From an uncultured Aliarcobacter sp. (GTDB taxonomy: Bacteria > Campylobacterota > Campylobacteria > Campylobacterales > Arcobacteraceae), in assembly GCA_963677435.1 (NCBI GenBank), contig OY781945.1, forward strand, positions 2,944,001 through 3,008,000: a stretch of 64,000 nt of DNA, in the 5' to 3' direction. A model generated the notes under the pieces. The model was not told where the DNA came from. It made no database searches and saw only the letters and a list, made by a program, of their open reading frames with translations. Position numbers and translations under genes: made by a program. Shown here in pieces: positions 21,613 to 31,090 of this stretch (position 1 is the first letter of the stretch; each line of letters begins with the position of its first letter).

Positions 21613-22356
21613 ATGGAAATATTATCAACAAATAGTAATGCTTATTCAACTGTTTCATCATCACAAACTTCAACAATACAAAGTGACAATAATTCATTTT
21701 CTGCACTTTTAAATACTCAAATACAAGAAACAATAGAAAAAAAAGAAACATTTAGAGTTGTAGCTTTTATTGATAAATATACAAGTTTTTCATCTCTATC
21801 ACCAACAGAAGAAAAAATATTTAGAGATATTTTAGCTGATGATTCTTTTACACTCGCAGAAATACAAAGTTTGAGTTTTGAACAAGTTAAAAAACTTGGA
21901 GATTTTTTGGATTCTGCACTTTATGGAAGTGGCATATCTGCTGATAAAATTCCTCTTGTGAAAAGTACAGATATTAAAATTGGTGCAATGTTTACAGCTA
22001 CAAGAATGACTGATAATGAAGATTTTAATAAAGCTGTATTTGAAACTGTTCAAACAATTGACGAACAAATAGAAATGCTGTATTTTTTTGATAGATTATC
22101 TGCTAATTTGGGTTGGAATGATAAAAGATGTTTAATTCCTCAAAGAGATAATCCAGAACTTAGGAAAAACTCTACAAAAGAGAATTGGGAAATATCTGAT
22201 TATAAAAAATTTATGGAAGCAATAGTAAAAGAGTATTATGAACTGGTTAAAAATCCTGTTATCTCAGTGGAAGATAGAAAGTTGTATCAAAAATTATTAA
22301 ATGATTTTATAATTCTTCAAAAAAAACATAATGAAATAAAGAGTAATTCTAAATAA
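21613..22356 (+). CDS. Hypothetical protein (Ser/Thr-rich N-terminus)
   Basis: 247-aa ORF with RBS GAGGA; no recognisable catalytic motif. Confidence 0.75.
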   Translation: MEILSTNSNAYSTVSSSQTSTIQSDNNSFSALLNTQIQETIEKKETFRVVAFIDKYTSFSSLSPTEEKIFRDILADDSFTLAEIQSLSFEQVKKLGDFLDSALYGSGISADKIPLVKSTDIKIGAMFTATRMTDNEDFNKAVFETVQTIDEQIEMLYFFDRLSANLGWNDKRCLIPQRDNPELRKNSTKENWEISDYKKFMEAIVKEYYELVKNPVISVEDRKLYQKLLNDFIILQKKHNEIKSNSK

Positions 22357-22390
22357 GGAAGCGTTATAGCACAATAAGTTATAATTATTT

Positions 22391-22882
22391 ATGAAATACC
22401 TAAACCACTACCCAAAAGATTTACAAGATAAAATCAGAGTTTTGATAGAAAAAGAAAAACTATCATCATATATAAAAACAAAATATCCAAACGCTCACAG
22501 CTTTACAAATGATAAAACTTTATATTCTTATGTGATGGATTTTAAAAATGAATATTTTAAAAAACATCAAGTTTCAAAAGTTATGTATGATGGAAAAATA
22601 AATGTAATCAATAATGCTTTGGGAATGCACTCAATTGTTTCAAGGGTTCAAGGGGGAAAACTAAAATCAAAAAACGAAATAAGAGTTGCCTCAGTTTTTA
22701 AAAACATGCCAGAAGAGTTCTTACAAATGATTGTTATTCATGAACTTGCTCACTTCAAAGAGAAAGATCATGACAAAGCTTTTTACAATCTTTGCACCTT
22801 TATGATGCCCTCTTATCACCAAGTTGAGTTTGATTTAAGAGTTTATTTAACTCATATTGATTTACTTGGAAAACTCTACTAA
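22391..22882 (+). CDS. YgjP/DUF45-like zinc-dependent hydrolase (M48/SprT-like)
   Basis: HELAH zinc motif in MIVIHELAHFKEKDHDKAFY; RVQGGKLKSKNEIR is typical of the short YgjP type. Confidence 0.8.
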   Translation: MKYLNHYPKDLQDKIRVLIEKEKLSSYIKTKYPNAHSFTNDKTLYSYVMDFKNEYFKKHQVSKVMYDGKINVINNALGMHSIVSRVQGGKLKSKNEIRVASVFKNMPEEFLQMIVIHELAHFKEKDHDKAFYNLCTFMMPSYHQVEFDLRVYLTHIDLLGKLY

Positions 22883-22960
22883 TTTTAATTATTTTACAAT
22901 GCTTTTTTGTTGCGACTTTTTAATGCTAGAATTTTTTATAAAATTTTAAAGGAGTTATAC

Positions 22961-24073
22961 ATGAATAAGTTTTTATATATTACAGATCAAGATGAATACA
23001 CAGACCATAGTTTTATTGGACCTTTATTTCAAAAATATTTAACAAAACATTTTGATATAAATACAACATATTTTTCTAAAGTTAAAACTGAGATTGAAGT
23101 AGAAGATGATGGCAGAATAATAATTCCTGAAAACCTAAAAAGCAATATTTTAAAAGAGTTATCAAACAAAGGAATAGATTTATATGAATATCAATTTGTT
23201 GTTATTAGAAACAATACAGATTTATTAAAAGAGATATTAAAACAAAAAGAGAAATATAACTTCAAAATTGGATTTAGGTTATCTTTTCCTAAAAGAATTG
23301 CAAAACTACAAACTGATGAAGCTAATAATAAAAAATCACTTTTTGATATTATAAGTAATAAAATTCAAACTTATTCAGAGATTAACATTATAAACGAATG
23401 TGATATTTTTTTACCAACTTCTTTTCAAATGAAAAACGATTATTTCAAAGATGTTAAAATTAGAACTTTTGTAATTCCATCGGCAATTGATCCAGATATT
23501 TTACAAAATAATATTCAACATGAAGAAAGTGAAAAAAGATTCTTCTATGCAGGAACTCTTGATAAATTAAGAGAGTTTGAGACTATTTTAGAAGCATTTA
23601 GCAATATTAGTAGCTCAAATTATAAACTAATGATTTCAACAAAAGACCCTGAATATTTAGATGATTTATTAAATGAGTTTTCAAATCTAAGAGATAATAT
23701 TGAGATTCATGATGCAAAAACAAGAAATGAATTATTAGAACTTATTGCACTTGCTGATGTTGGATTATCACCACTTCCAAATATCGCACTATTTAATAGT
23801 TCAACTCCTATGAAAGTTTTAGATTATTATTCAAGTGCTGTTCCTTGTATTATGAGTAATAATGAAAATAATGCTTCAATTTTTGAAGACAATGTTAGTG
23901 CTTGGTTTACAAACTTTGATGAACAATCAATAAAAGAAAAACTTGAATATATTATTTCACTATCAAAAGATGAAGTGGCACAAGTTGGAATCAATGGTCA
24001 AAAAAGACTTCTTGATGTAAGAAACTATAAAAGAATCGCTGACGATTTAGCGCACCAATTAAATATTTTATAA
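22961..24073 (+). CDS. Glycosyltransferase, GT-B fold (GT4-like)
   Basis: FFYAGTLDKLR, ADVGLSP, STPMKVLDYYSSAVPCI; RBS AAGGAG before ATG 22961. Confidence 0.8.
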   Translation: MNKFLYITDQDEYTDHSFIGPLFQKYLTKHFDINTTYFSKVKTEIEVEDDGRIIIPENLKSNILKELSNKGIDLYEYQFVVIRNNTDLLKEILKQKEKYNFKIGFRLSFPKRIAKLQTDEANNKKSLFDIISNKIQTYSEINIINECDIFLPTSFQMKNDYFKDVKIRTFVIPSAIDPDILQNNIQHEESEKRFFYAGTLDKLREFETILEAFSNISSSNYKLMISTKDPEYLDDLLNEFSNLRDNIEIHDAKTRNELLELIALADVGLSPLPNIALFNSSTPMKVLDYYSSAVPCIMSNNENNASIFEDNVSAWFTNFDEQSIKEKLEYIISLSKDEVAQVGINGQKRLLDVRNYKRIADDLAHQLNIL

Positions 24074-24096
24074 GAAGAAATCTTCTTATAAAATAT
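24063..24096 (+). terminator. 16-bp perfect inverted repeat spanning the glycosyltransferase stop codon
   Basis: ATATTTTATAAGAAGA-aa-TCTTCTTATAAAATAT. Confidence 0.6.
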
Positions 24097-24173
24097 AACT
24101 CACTTGATATAAATCAATCATTAATTTTAAATTTTTTGATACTATAACTTTTATTTTAATTAAAAGTTTGTAA

Positions 24174-24737
24174 ATGAAAAAGTTTTTTAAACAATTCAAA
24201 AAAGTAAATTCAGAACCTTTAGAAAAATCAAATATCATTTGGTCTTGGATTGCTTCATTTATAGGAATATTAGCCATTTCATATTTTCATCGAAATATTT
24301 TGAATGACAAAGATTTAACTTTGGTAATTGGCTCTTTTGGAGCTAGTGCTGTTTTAGTTTATGGAGCTGTAAATTCTCCCCTTGCACAACCTAGAAATTT
24401 AATTGGTGGACATATTTTATCTGCATTAGTTGGAGTGATTTCATATAAATTATTTTCTGGAAATATTCTATTATGTTCAGCATTTGCTGTTTCAACTTCT
24501 ATTTTAATTATGCAATTAACTCTTACCTTACATCCACCAGGTGGTGCAACAGCCTTAATTGCAGTTATTGGAAGTAATCAAATCCATGACTTAGGATTTT
24601 TATATGTTTTAGTTCCTGTAACTTCTGGAGCTTTTATTTTATTGATACTTGCAGTTATAATAAACAATATTCCAAAACACAGATATTATCCTGAATCTTT
24701 AAAAGATTACAATAAAAAATGGTTTAGTGATGAATAA
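24174..24737 (+). CDS. HPP family membrane protein
   Basis: GSFGASAVLVYG, SPLAQPRNLIGGH, LHPPGGATAL. Confidence 0.92.
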   Translation: MKKFFKQFKKVNSEPLEKSNIIWSWIASFIGILAISYFHRNILNDKDLTLVIGSFGASAVLVYGAVNSPLAQPRNLIGGHILSALVGVISYKLFSGNILLCSAFAVSTSILIMQLTLTLHPPGGATALIAVIGSNQIHDLGFLYVLVPVTSGAFILLILAVIINNIPKHRYYPESLKDYNKKWFSDE

Positions 24738-24795
24738 ATCCTCAAGGGAATAGAACATGTATTAAGAGTAATATATCTGTGAAAAAGGATTTATT

Positions 24796-24888
24796 ATGTT
24801 AAATTATTTAAGAAAAGCTTTATCAGGAATTTTTGTTTCAAAATCAAAAAGTGTGTATATGTACAACAAAGAGTATTTTACTAATTAA
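24796..24888 (+). CDS. Candidate small protein, 30 aa (MLNYLRKALSGIFVSKSKSVYMYNKEYFTN)
   Basis: AAAGGA RBS 6 nt before the ATG; ATAAAAAG-tct-CTTTTTAT hairpin right after the stop; below the ORF-track cutoff. Confidence 0.45.
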   Translation: MLNYLRKALSGIFVSKSKSVYMYNKEYFTN

Positions 24889-24947
24889 TTATAAAAAGTC
24901 TCTTTTTATTTTACAAGAAGGATTTTTACTCCCTCTTATTTCTTGCT

Positions 24948-27128
24948 CTATATTTTTTTAAGTTTTAATCTCAAAGAGTTTAAAACTACTGTTACTGAAG
25001 AAAAACTCATAGCAATTCCTGCGTACATTGGGCTTAACATCACTCCAAAAATAGGGAAAAACACACCAGCTGCTAATGGAATTCCAGCAGCGTTGTAAAT
25101 AAATGCCCAAAATAGATTTTGTTTAATAATCTTCATTGATTCAATTGATAAATTTATACTTTTTAATACTGCATTTAAATCATTGTTTATTAAAATAATA
25201 TCACCAGCATCTTTTGTTATATCAGAACCTGAATTTAGTGTGATTCCAATATCTGCTTGTTTAATAGAGGGAGAGTCATTTATTCCATCACCCACAAACA
25301 TAACTTTTGCTTCTTTTTGGAGTTCTATTATAACTTTGTATTTTTCATCGGGAAGAACTTGGGCATATACTTTTTCTATTCCTAATTTTTGTGCCACACT
25401 ATTTGCTGTAGTTTCATTGTCTCCTGTTAATAAAATTGGAGTTATATTTTTTGCTTTTAGATTTGTTATTAACTCTTTTGCACCATCTTTTATAGTATCT
25501 GCTAAAGCAAAAACTGCCACACATTTTTTATCAAAAGAAGCCAGAATAACTCCCGAACCTTCATTTAATGATTTAGTATAAAACTCTAAATATTTATCTT
25601 CTAAAACAACATCATTTTTTTCAAGGAAACTAAGACTTCCAATTAATAGTTTTTTATCTTCAAAACTTGCACTTATTCCCTGCCCTGCCATGATTTGAGT
25701 ATCTGAGAAGTTCTTGTCACAAGCTAGATTTTTTGCCTTAGCAAAATTTACTACAGCTTTTGAAATTGGATGTTCACTTTGTGTTTCAAGCGAAGCTAAA
25801 ATATCTAAAAGTGACTCTTCATAAAGAGCATCTTTTACACTAATAATTCCAGTAGTTAAAGTTCCCGTTTTATCAAATACTGCATATTTTATATCTTTTA
25901 TTAGTTCTAATATTTCTGGATTTTTTATTAAAATTCCCTCATGTGCACCTTTTCCAACAGCACTTACAATTGCAATTGGTGTTGCAAGTCCTAAAGCACA
26001 AGGACAAGAGATAATCAACACAGAAATAGAAGCTAATATGGCGTCCATTGTGTCACCCACAATAAAAAACCAAACTAAAAAAGTAACTATTGAAATAAGT
26101 ATAACTGTTGGTACAAAAATATTTGCAACTTTATCTGCAAATCTGCTAATTGGTAATTTTTTACTTTGAGCTGTACTTAAAAGCTCAACTATTTTAGAAA
26201 GTGTTGTATCTTTTGATTCTTTTAAAACTTCAACTTCAATAACACCAGAAGTGTTTAAAGTTCCTGCAATTACCTCATCGCCTATTGTTTTATAAACAGG
26301 CATTGATTCACCTGTAATCATAGAAGTATCAATATCTGCACTACCTTTTTTTATAAGTGCATCTGTTGATATTTTTTCTCCTGATTTTATTAAAACTCTG
26401 TCTCCTACTTTTAATTGTGTTGCTAAAATAGTTTTGTAACTTCCATCTTCACAAATTAAAGTCGCATTTAAAGGGGCTAAATCCATAAGTTTTTTTAAAA
26501 AATCAGTTGCTTTTGCTTTTGAACGCTCTTCAAGTAATCGCCCTAAAAGTATAAAAGTAATAATTACAACCGCTCCATCAAAATAGATAAATCTTAAATG
26601 TTCAGGAAATAAAGAAGGAAATAAAACTACAAATACAGAATAAAAATAAGCAGCACTTGTTCCCAAAGCTACTAAAACATTCATATCATAATTATTATTT
26701 CGTAAAGCCTTAAAGGCCAAAATATAAAATCTTGAACCAGCATAAAACTGAACAACTGTAGCTAGGGCAAACATTACATATTGATTTACTTGCATATTTT
26801 CAAGAGGAAAGAACATAAAATAGAACATAATAACAGCAATAGTTGCACTAAGTATAAAAACTCTTTTTAACTCGTTATATGCTTTTAATTTACTTTTTTC
26901 TAAAGCTTCTAAATTTTCTTCAACTCCATAACCTAACTTTTTTATTTTATTGATTAGACTTTGTTTATCTAAGAATTCTGTATTTATATAAAATTCACCC
27001 TCATTTGAAGCGAAACTCACTTTTGAAGATTCTAAACCTTTTAATTTACCAACAACCTTCTCTATTCCATTTGAACAATTTACACAAGTCATTCCTGAAA
27101 TATTTAGATTGATTTTTTCTTTAGACAT
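24948..27128 (-). CDS. copA: Copper-translocating P1B-type ATPase
   Basis: N-terminal GMTCVNC HMA domain, TGES, CPCALGLATP, DKTGT, HP, GDGIND; Cu(I)-type YN and MxxSS in the last TMs. Confidence 0.9.
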   Translation of the reverse strand: MSKEKINLNISGMTCVNCSNGIEKVVGKLKGLESSKVSFASNEGEFYINTEFLDKQSLINKIKKLGYGVEENLEALEKSKLKAYNELKRVFILSATIAVIMFYFMFFPLENMQVNQYVMFALATVVQFYAGSRFYILAFKALRNNNYDMNVLVALGTSAAYFYSVFVVLFPSLFPEHLRFIYFDGAVVIITFILLGRLLEERSKAKATDFLKKLMDLAPLNATLICEDGSYKTILATQLKVGDRVLIKSGEKISTDALIKKGSADIDTSMITGESMPVYKTIGDEVIAGTLNTSGVIEVEVLKESKDTTLSKIVELLSTAQSKKLPISRFADKVANIFVPTVILISIVTFLVWFFIVGDTMDAILASISVLIISCPCALGLATPIAIVSAVGKGAHEGILIKNPEILELIKDIKYAVFDKTGTLTTGIISVKDALYEESLLDILASLETQSEHPISKAVVNFAKAKNLACDKNFSDTQIMAGQGISASFEDKKLLIGSLSFLEKNDVVLEDKYLEFYTKSLNEGSGVILASFDKKCVAVFALADTIKDGAKELITNLKAKNITPILLTGDNETTANSVAQKLGIEKVYAQVLPDEKYKVIIELQKEAKVMFVGDGINDSPSIKQADIGITLNSGSDITKDAGDIILINNDLNAVLKSINLSIESMKIIKQNLFWAFIYNAAGIPLAAGVFFPIFGVMLSPMYAGIAMSFSSVTVVLNSLRLKLKKI

Positions 27129-27130
27129 TT

Positions 27131-27487
27131 TTATTCCTTTAAGCCCTTTTGCGCAAGTATCAATAATGTTTTTATATACTCGTTTTTTATGTAATAAAAA
27201 GACATTTTTTTATCTTTTGTAAACTCAACAATTCCATATTTTCTTAAAATTTTAAGTTGATGAGAAACGTGAGATTGAGGGATTTGCAATAAATTCACCA
27301 TCTCTCCCACACAAATTTCATACTCTAAAAGAGCAAATAAAATTTTTACTCGAATGGGATCGTTTAGTGCTTTAAAAATATTGCTTAATTGGGCAAGTTC
27401 ACCCTCATTGGGTAATTTTTTTTCTATATCACAAATATAACTTACATCTTCACAACAAGAACGAATAAGTTGTTTTGAATTACTCAT
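27131..27487 (-). CDS. ArsR/SmtB family metalloregulator
   Basis: FKALNDPIRVKIL, EICVGEM, SHVSHQLKILR; N-terminal CC..C. Confidence 0.92.
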   Translation of the reverse strand: MSNSKQLIRSCCEDVSYICDIEKKLPNEGELAQLSNIFKALNDPIRVKILFALLEYEICVGEMVNLLQIPQSHVSHQLKILRKYGIVEFTKDKKMSFYYIKNEYIKTLLILAQKGLKE

Positions 27488-27488
27488 A

Positions 27489-27695
27489 TTACTCTTCTAT
27501 AATTTCAAATCCGATTGAACTCATTTCTGCTTTAAAAGTAGCTTCTTGTTCTTCATTTTCTATATTAACAGTAACTTCTTTGGGGCTTGATTCTAAGTTA
27601 ACTTCAATTGCTCCAAAATCATCTTCTAAAGAACCTTTTATCAAGTTTGCACATTTCATGCAAGAGATATTTTTTGCTTTAAATGTTTTTTTCAT
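27489..27695 (-). CDS. Heavy-metal-associated (CopZ-like) chaperone
   Basis: 68 aa with ISCMKC motif; RBS GGAG; first gene of the copper operon. Confidence 0.85.
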   Translation of the reverse strand: MKKTFKAKNISCMKCANLIKGSLEDDFGAIEVNLESSPKEVTVNIENEEQEATFKAEMSSIGFEIIEE

Positions 27696-27721
27696 AATTA
27701 CTCCATTTTATATGTTAATTT

Positions 27722-27762
27722 TATCATATGAAGATATTATCATATGATATATTTATTGTCAA
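27722..27762 (-). promoter_or_regulatory. Promoter of the copZ-arsR-copA operon with overlapping ArsR/SmtB-type operator
   Basis: Minus strand TTGACA(27762-27757)-N17-TAATAT; inverted repeat TATCATATGA-N8-TCATATGATA (27722-27749) covers the -10. Confidence 0.7.
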
Positions 27763-27769
27763 GTCTAAT

Positions 27770-29875
27770 TTATGAATTATTTGATAAATATTCATATAAA
27801 TACAAATATTGTCTTAACTCTTTTAGGCTTTCAAGTTTAGTTCCCTCTTCTATCCAAGCTTTTATATTTAAAGGAATTTCAAGGGGTTTTAATAACTCTT
27901 CTTTTTTCTCTTTTGAGATTTTTTCATGTTCAGCTAAAACTGAAATATGCCCTAGAACTGAGGTTAATCCTAAATCTCTAAATTGTGCAATCTCTTCTAC
28001 ACTTTTTCCCTCATTTAAAAGCTCGTAAGTTTCAAGATATGTTTTTGTGAGTTTCTTCAAGGGTTCTTTTTGTTCAAGTTTTTCAGAAAACTCTTCTTTT
28101 ATCTCTTTTGATAAATTTAAAAAAGTCTCTCCATATTTTTCATATTTTACAAGACCAACGCCATTTATATTTAGCATATCATCTTTTGTAATTGGCAACT
28201 TCAAAGCAAACTCTTTTAAAGTTTTATCACCAAATATCACATAAGCTGGAACTTCATGTTCTAATGCAATCTCTCTTCGTAAGGTTCTGAATCTTTCATA
28301 AATTAGCTCATCAAAACTTAACTCAGTCTCTTCTTCTTGGATTTTTGAAGCAATTCCTAATTTGTCACTATCAATAAAAAGTTTCTCTTTTCCTTTTAAA
28401 ATCTCTAAACCTAAAGAACTTATTTTCAAAGCTCGAAATTCCCCTAAAGTAAGTGCTTGAATATCTATTAATTTATCTGCAATTGCTATCCACTCATTTT
28501 TACTTTTATCAGCACCCAAATTATAAACACTCAGTTTATCATGTCCAAAATCTAATAACTTTTGATTTTTTGAACCTCTTAAAATATCTATAATGTGATT
28601 TAATCCAAATCTTTGTTCACTTCTATAAATAGCACTTAAAAGTTTTTGAGCATCCACACTCATATCAACCTGCTCCACTTCACCTTTTGTGCAGTTATCA
28701 CATAGAGTTTTACAAGTTTCAATCTCATCTTCAAAATAACCTGCAATCATTTTATGACGGCAATTATTGCTCACACAATATCTATACATAAACTCTAACT
28801 TATCAAGTCCAGTTTGTTTGTAAGCATTGTCGATGGCTTCTTCTATTTGTATTTTTCTTTTTACCTCATCACTTTTTGAATAAAGCATATAAACATAAGA
28901 CATTGCTCCATCACGACCAGCTCTCCCTATTTCTTGATAATAGTTTTCAAGGGTTTTTGGCAATGAAGTGTGTATTACAAAACGAATATTTGATTTATCA
29001 ATTCCCATACCAAAAGCGATGGTTGCTACAACAATATCAATTTTTTCATATACAAAATCATTAAAAACTTCATTTTTTCTATCATTACTAAGTCCCGCAT
29101 GATAGGCTTTTGCACTATATCCACTTTCACTCAAAAACTCAGCCGTTGATTCTGCTTCTTTTCGTGTAAAAGTGTAGATAATTCCACATAAACCTTTGTG
29201 AGTTTTTAGGAAGTTTAATATTTGAGTTTTCCCATTTGCAATTCGTGGTTCTACTTTTATATCAAGATTATCTCTTACAGTTTTTGCTCTGAAATGTCTA
29301 GGATTTTGCAAGTTCAAAGAAGAAGCAATATCAGCTTCAACTTTTTTTGTAGCAGTTGCTGTAAATGCACAAATAGCTGTATTTGGAAAAAATCTTTTTA
29401 ATCTATCAAGATTTCTATACTCAGCCCTAAACTCATGACCCCAAGCAGATACACAGTGTGCTTCATCTATTACAAAATAGTTTATATTTATTCGCTGTAA
29501 AACTGAAACAAACTCATTTGAAGTAAATCTCTCAGGTGCCACATAAATAAACTTTAGTTCACCATTTAAAAGCTTTTGAAGAGTGAAACTATTTTCATCA
29601 TTTGAAGTTGCTGAACTTATCATTTCAGCACTAATATTCAAATCATTCAGTGCTTTTATTTGGTCTTGCATAAGTGCAATAAGAGGAGAAATTACAACCG
29701 TAGTTCCATTCATAAGAAGTGTAGGAAGTTGATAACAAAGTGATTTTCCACCACCTGTTGGCAAAATCGTCAAAACATCTTGTTTGTTAAGAATGCAATC
29801 AACAACCTCTTCTTGGAAACTTCTAAAATGCTCGTGTCCGAAAATATCTTTTAGTATTTGGTATTTTTTATTCAT
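27770..29875 (-). CDS. recQ: ATP-dependent DNA helicase RecQ
   Basis: PTGGGKSLCYQ, DEAHCVSAWGHEFR, ATIAFGMGIDK, QEIGRAGRDG, RQC and HRDC regions. Start taken at MNKKYQIL (29875). Confidence 0.95.
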   Translation of the reverse strand: MNKKYQILKDIFGHEHFRSFQEEVVDCILNKQDVLTILPTGGGKSLCYQLPTLLMNGTTVVISPLIALMQDQIKALNDLNISAEMISSATSNDENSFTLQKLLNGELKFIYVAPERFTSNEFVSVLQRININYFVIDEAHCVSAWGHEFRAEYRNLDRLKRFFPNTAICAFTATATKKVEADIASSLNLQNPRHFRAKTVRDNLDIKVEPRIANGKTQILNFLKTHKGLCGIIYTFTRKEAESTAEFLSESGYSAKAYHAGLSNDRKNEVFNDFVYEKIDIVVATIAFGMGIDKSNIRFVIHTSLPKTLENYYQEIGRAGRDGAMSYVYMLYSKSDEVKRKIQIEEAIDNAYKQTGLDKLEFMYRYCVSNNCRHKMIAGYFEDEIETCKTLCDNCTKGEVEQVDMSVDAQKLLSAIYRSEQRFGLNHIIDILRGSKNQKLLDFGHDKLSVYNLGADKSKNEWIAIADKLIDIQALTLGEFRALKISSLGLEILKGKEKLFIDSDKLGIASKIQEEETELSFDELIYERFRTLRREIALEHEVPAYVIFGDKTLKEFALKLPITKDDMLNINGVGLVKYEKYGETFLNLSKEIKEEFSEKLEQKEPLKKLTKTYLETYELLNEGKSVEEIAQFRDLGLTSVLGHISVLAEHEKISKEKKEELLKPLEIPLNIKAWIEEGTKLESLKELRQYLYLYEYLSNNS

Positions 29876-30000
29876 GGTGTGATGGTAACATAGTTTGAAT
29901 AAGGATGTAAATGTTTTATATAAATAATTATTCAAATTCTTTACTAAAGTATTTACTGAAAGTAAACTTGATATAATTTGTTAAAAATAAAAGAGATGAT

Positions 30001-30984
30001 ATGACAATAAAAGAAGCTATATTAAAAAGTCTTGAGGATTTACAAAGACTTTTAACTCATAATGAAATACATGAACATATTATTAATCAAAATTACTATA
30101 ATTTTGGAGATGCAAAAACACCTGCATCAACAATTTCTGCATTGTTAGGCGATTTTATTAGAAAAAATGACCAAAGAGTTAAAAGAATAAAAGGCGATAA
30201 ATCTACATATTTATATTACTTAGCAAAATTTGAACAAGATTTAGATATTAATGAAGTTGCTTCTAATATTAGTGAGAAAGCTGAGCCAAAAAAACTTAAA
30301 AAAAATCAAACTTACGTAGAGAGAGATTTACATAAATTACTTAGCAGTTATCTAAAAAATAAAAAGATTTATACTAAAACTATTTTACATGAAGAATCAA
30401 AAAATTCTAAAGATGACCATCAAAAATGGATTCACCCTGATATGATTGGTATAGAATTTTTAAGTTTAACTTCAAGAGTCAATAAAGCATTTATGAAAAT
30501 ACTTAATAAATCAGATACTTTTAAACTGACTTCTTATGAAATAAAAAAAGAAATTAATACAGATTATGAACTTAAAAAGTATTATTTCCAAGCTGTATCA
30601 AATTCAAGTTGGGCAAATTATGGGTACTTAGTTGCATTTGAAATAAATGATAATTTAAAAGATGAAATGCAAAGGCTTAATGAATCTTTTGGAATAGGTA
30701 TCATTGAGCTTAAATCAAACCCTTATGAAAGTAAAATACTATTTCAATCAAAATTTAAAGAATTAGACTTTAAAACTATAGATAAACTATGTAAGGTAAA
30801 TGAAAAATATGAAAATTTTATAGAGTTAATTGAGCGAATGCTAACTATAGATGAAAGAAACTATCAGTCTGTAGAATATGAGTTAAATAGCTTTTGTGAT
30901 GAATATTTTGAAAATGATTCAGAAATTAAAGAGTATTGTCAAAAACATAATATAGTATTTGAAGAAGATGAAAAAATTGAATAA
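30001..30984 (+). CDS. HrgA/COG2958-like protein: N-terminal winged HTH (HARE-HTH-like) plus restriction-endonuclease-like domain
   Basis: ERDLH..L, KTILHEES, WIHPDMIG, SYEIKKEI, YYFQAVSNSSWANYGYLVA; PD...ExK spacing; TGATATAAT promoter at 29969-29977. Confidence 0.78.
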   Translation: MTIKEAILKSLEDLQRLLTHNEIHEHIINQNYYNFGDAKTPASTISALLGDFIRKNDQRVKRIKGDKSTYLYYLAKFEQDLDINEVASNISEKAEPKKLKKNQTYVERDLHKLLSSYLKNKKIYTKTILHEESKNSKDDHQKWIHPDMIGIEFLSLTSRVNKAFMKILNKSDTFKLTSYEIKKEINTDYELKKYYFQAVSNSSWANYGYLVAFEINDNLKDEMQRLNESFGIGIIELKSNPYESKILFQSKFKELDFKTIDKLCKVNEKYENFIELIERMLTIDERNYQSVEYELNSFCDEYFENDSEIKEYCQKHNIVFEEDEKIE

Positions 30985-31090
30985 TCTAAAATAAGTTATT
31001 TTAACTATTTATTCTCTGATAAATACGTAAATTTCTTGCCTCTTCTAAACTCTATTTAAAAAAAGATACTTTGAACACTATGGATTTATT

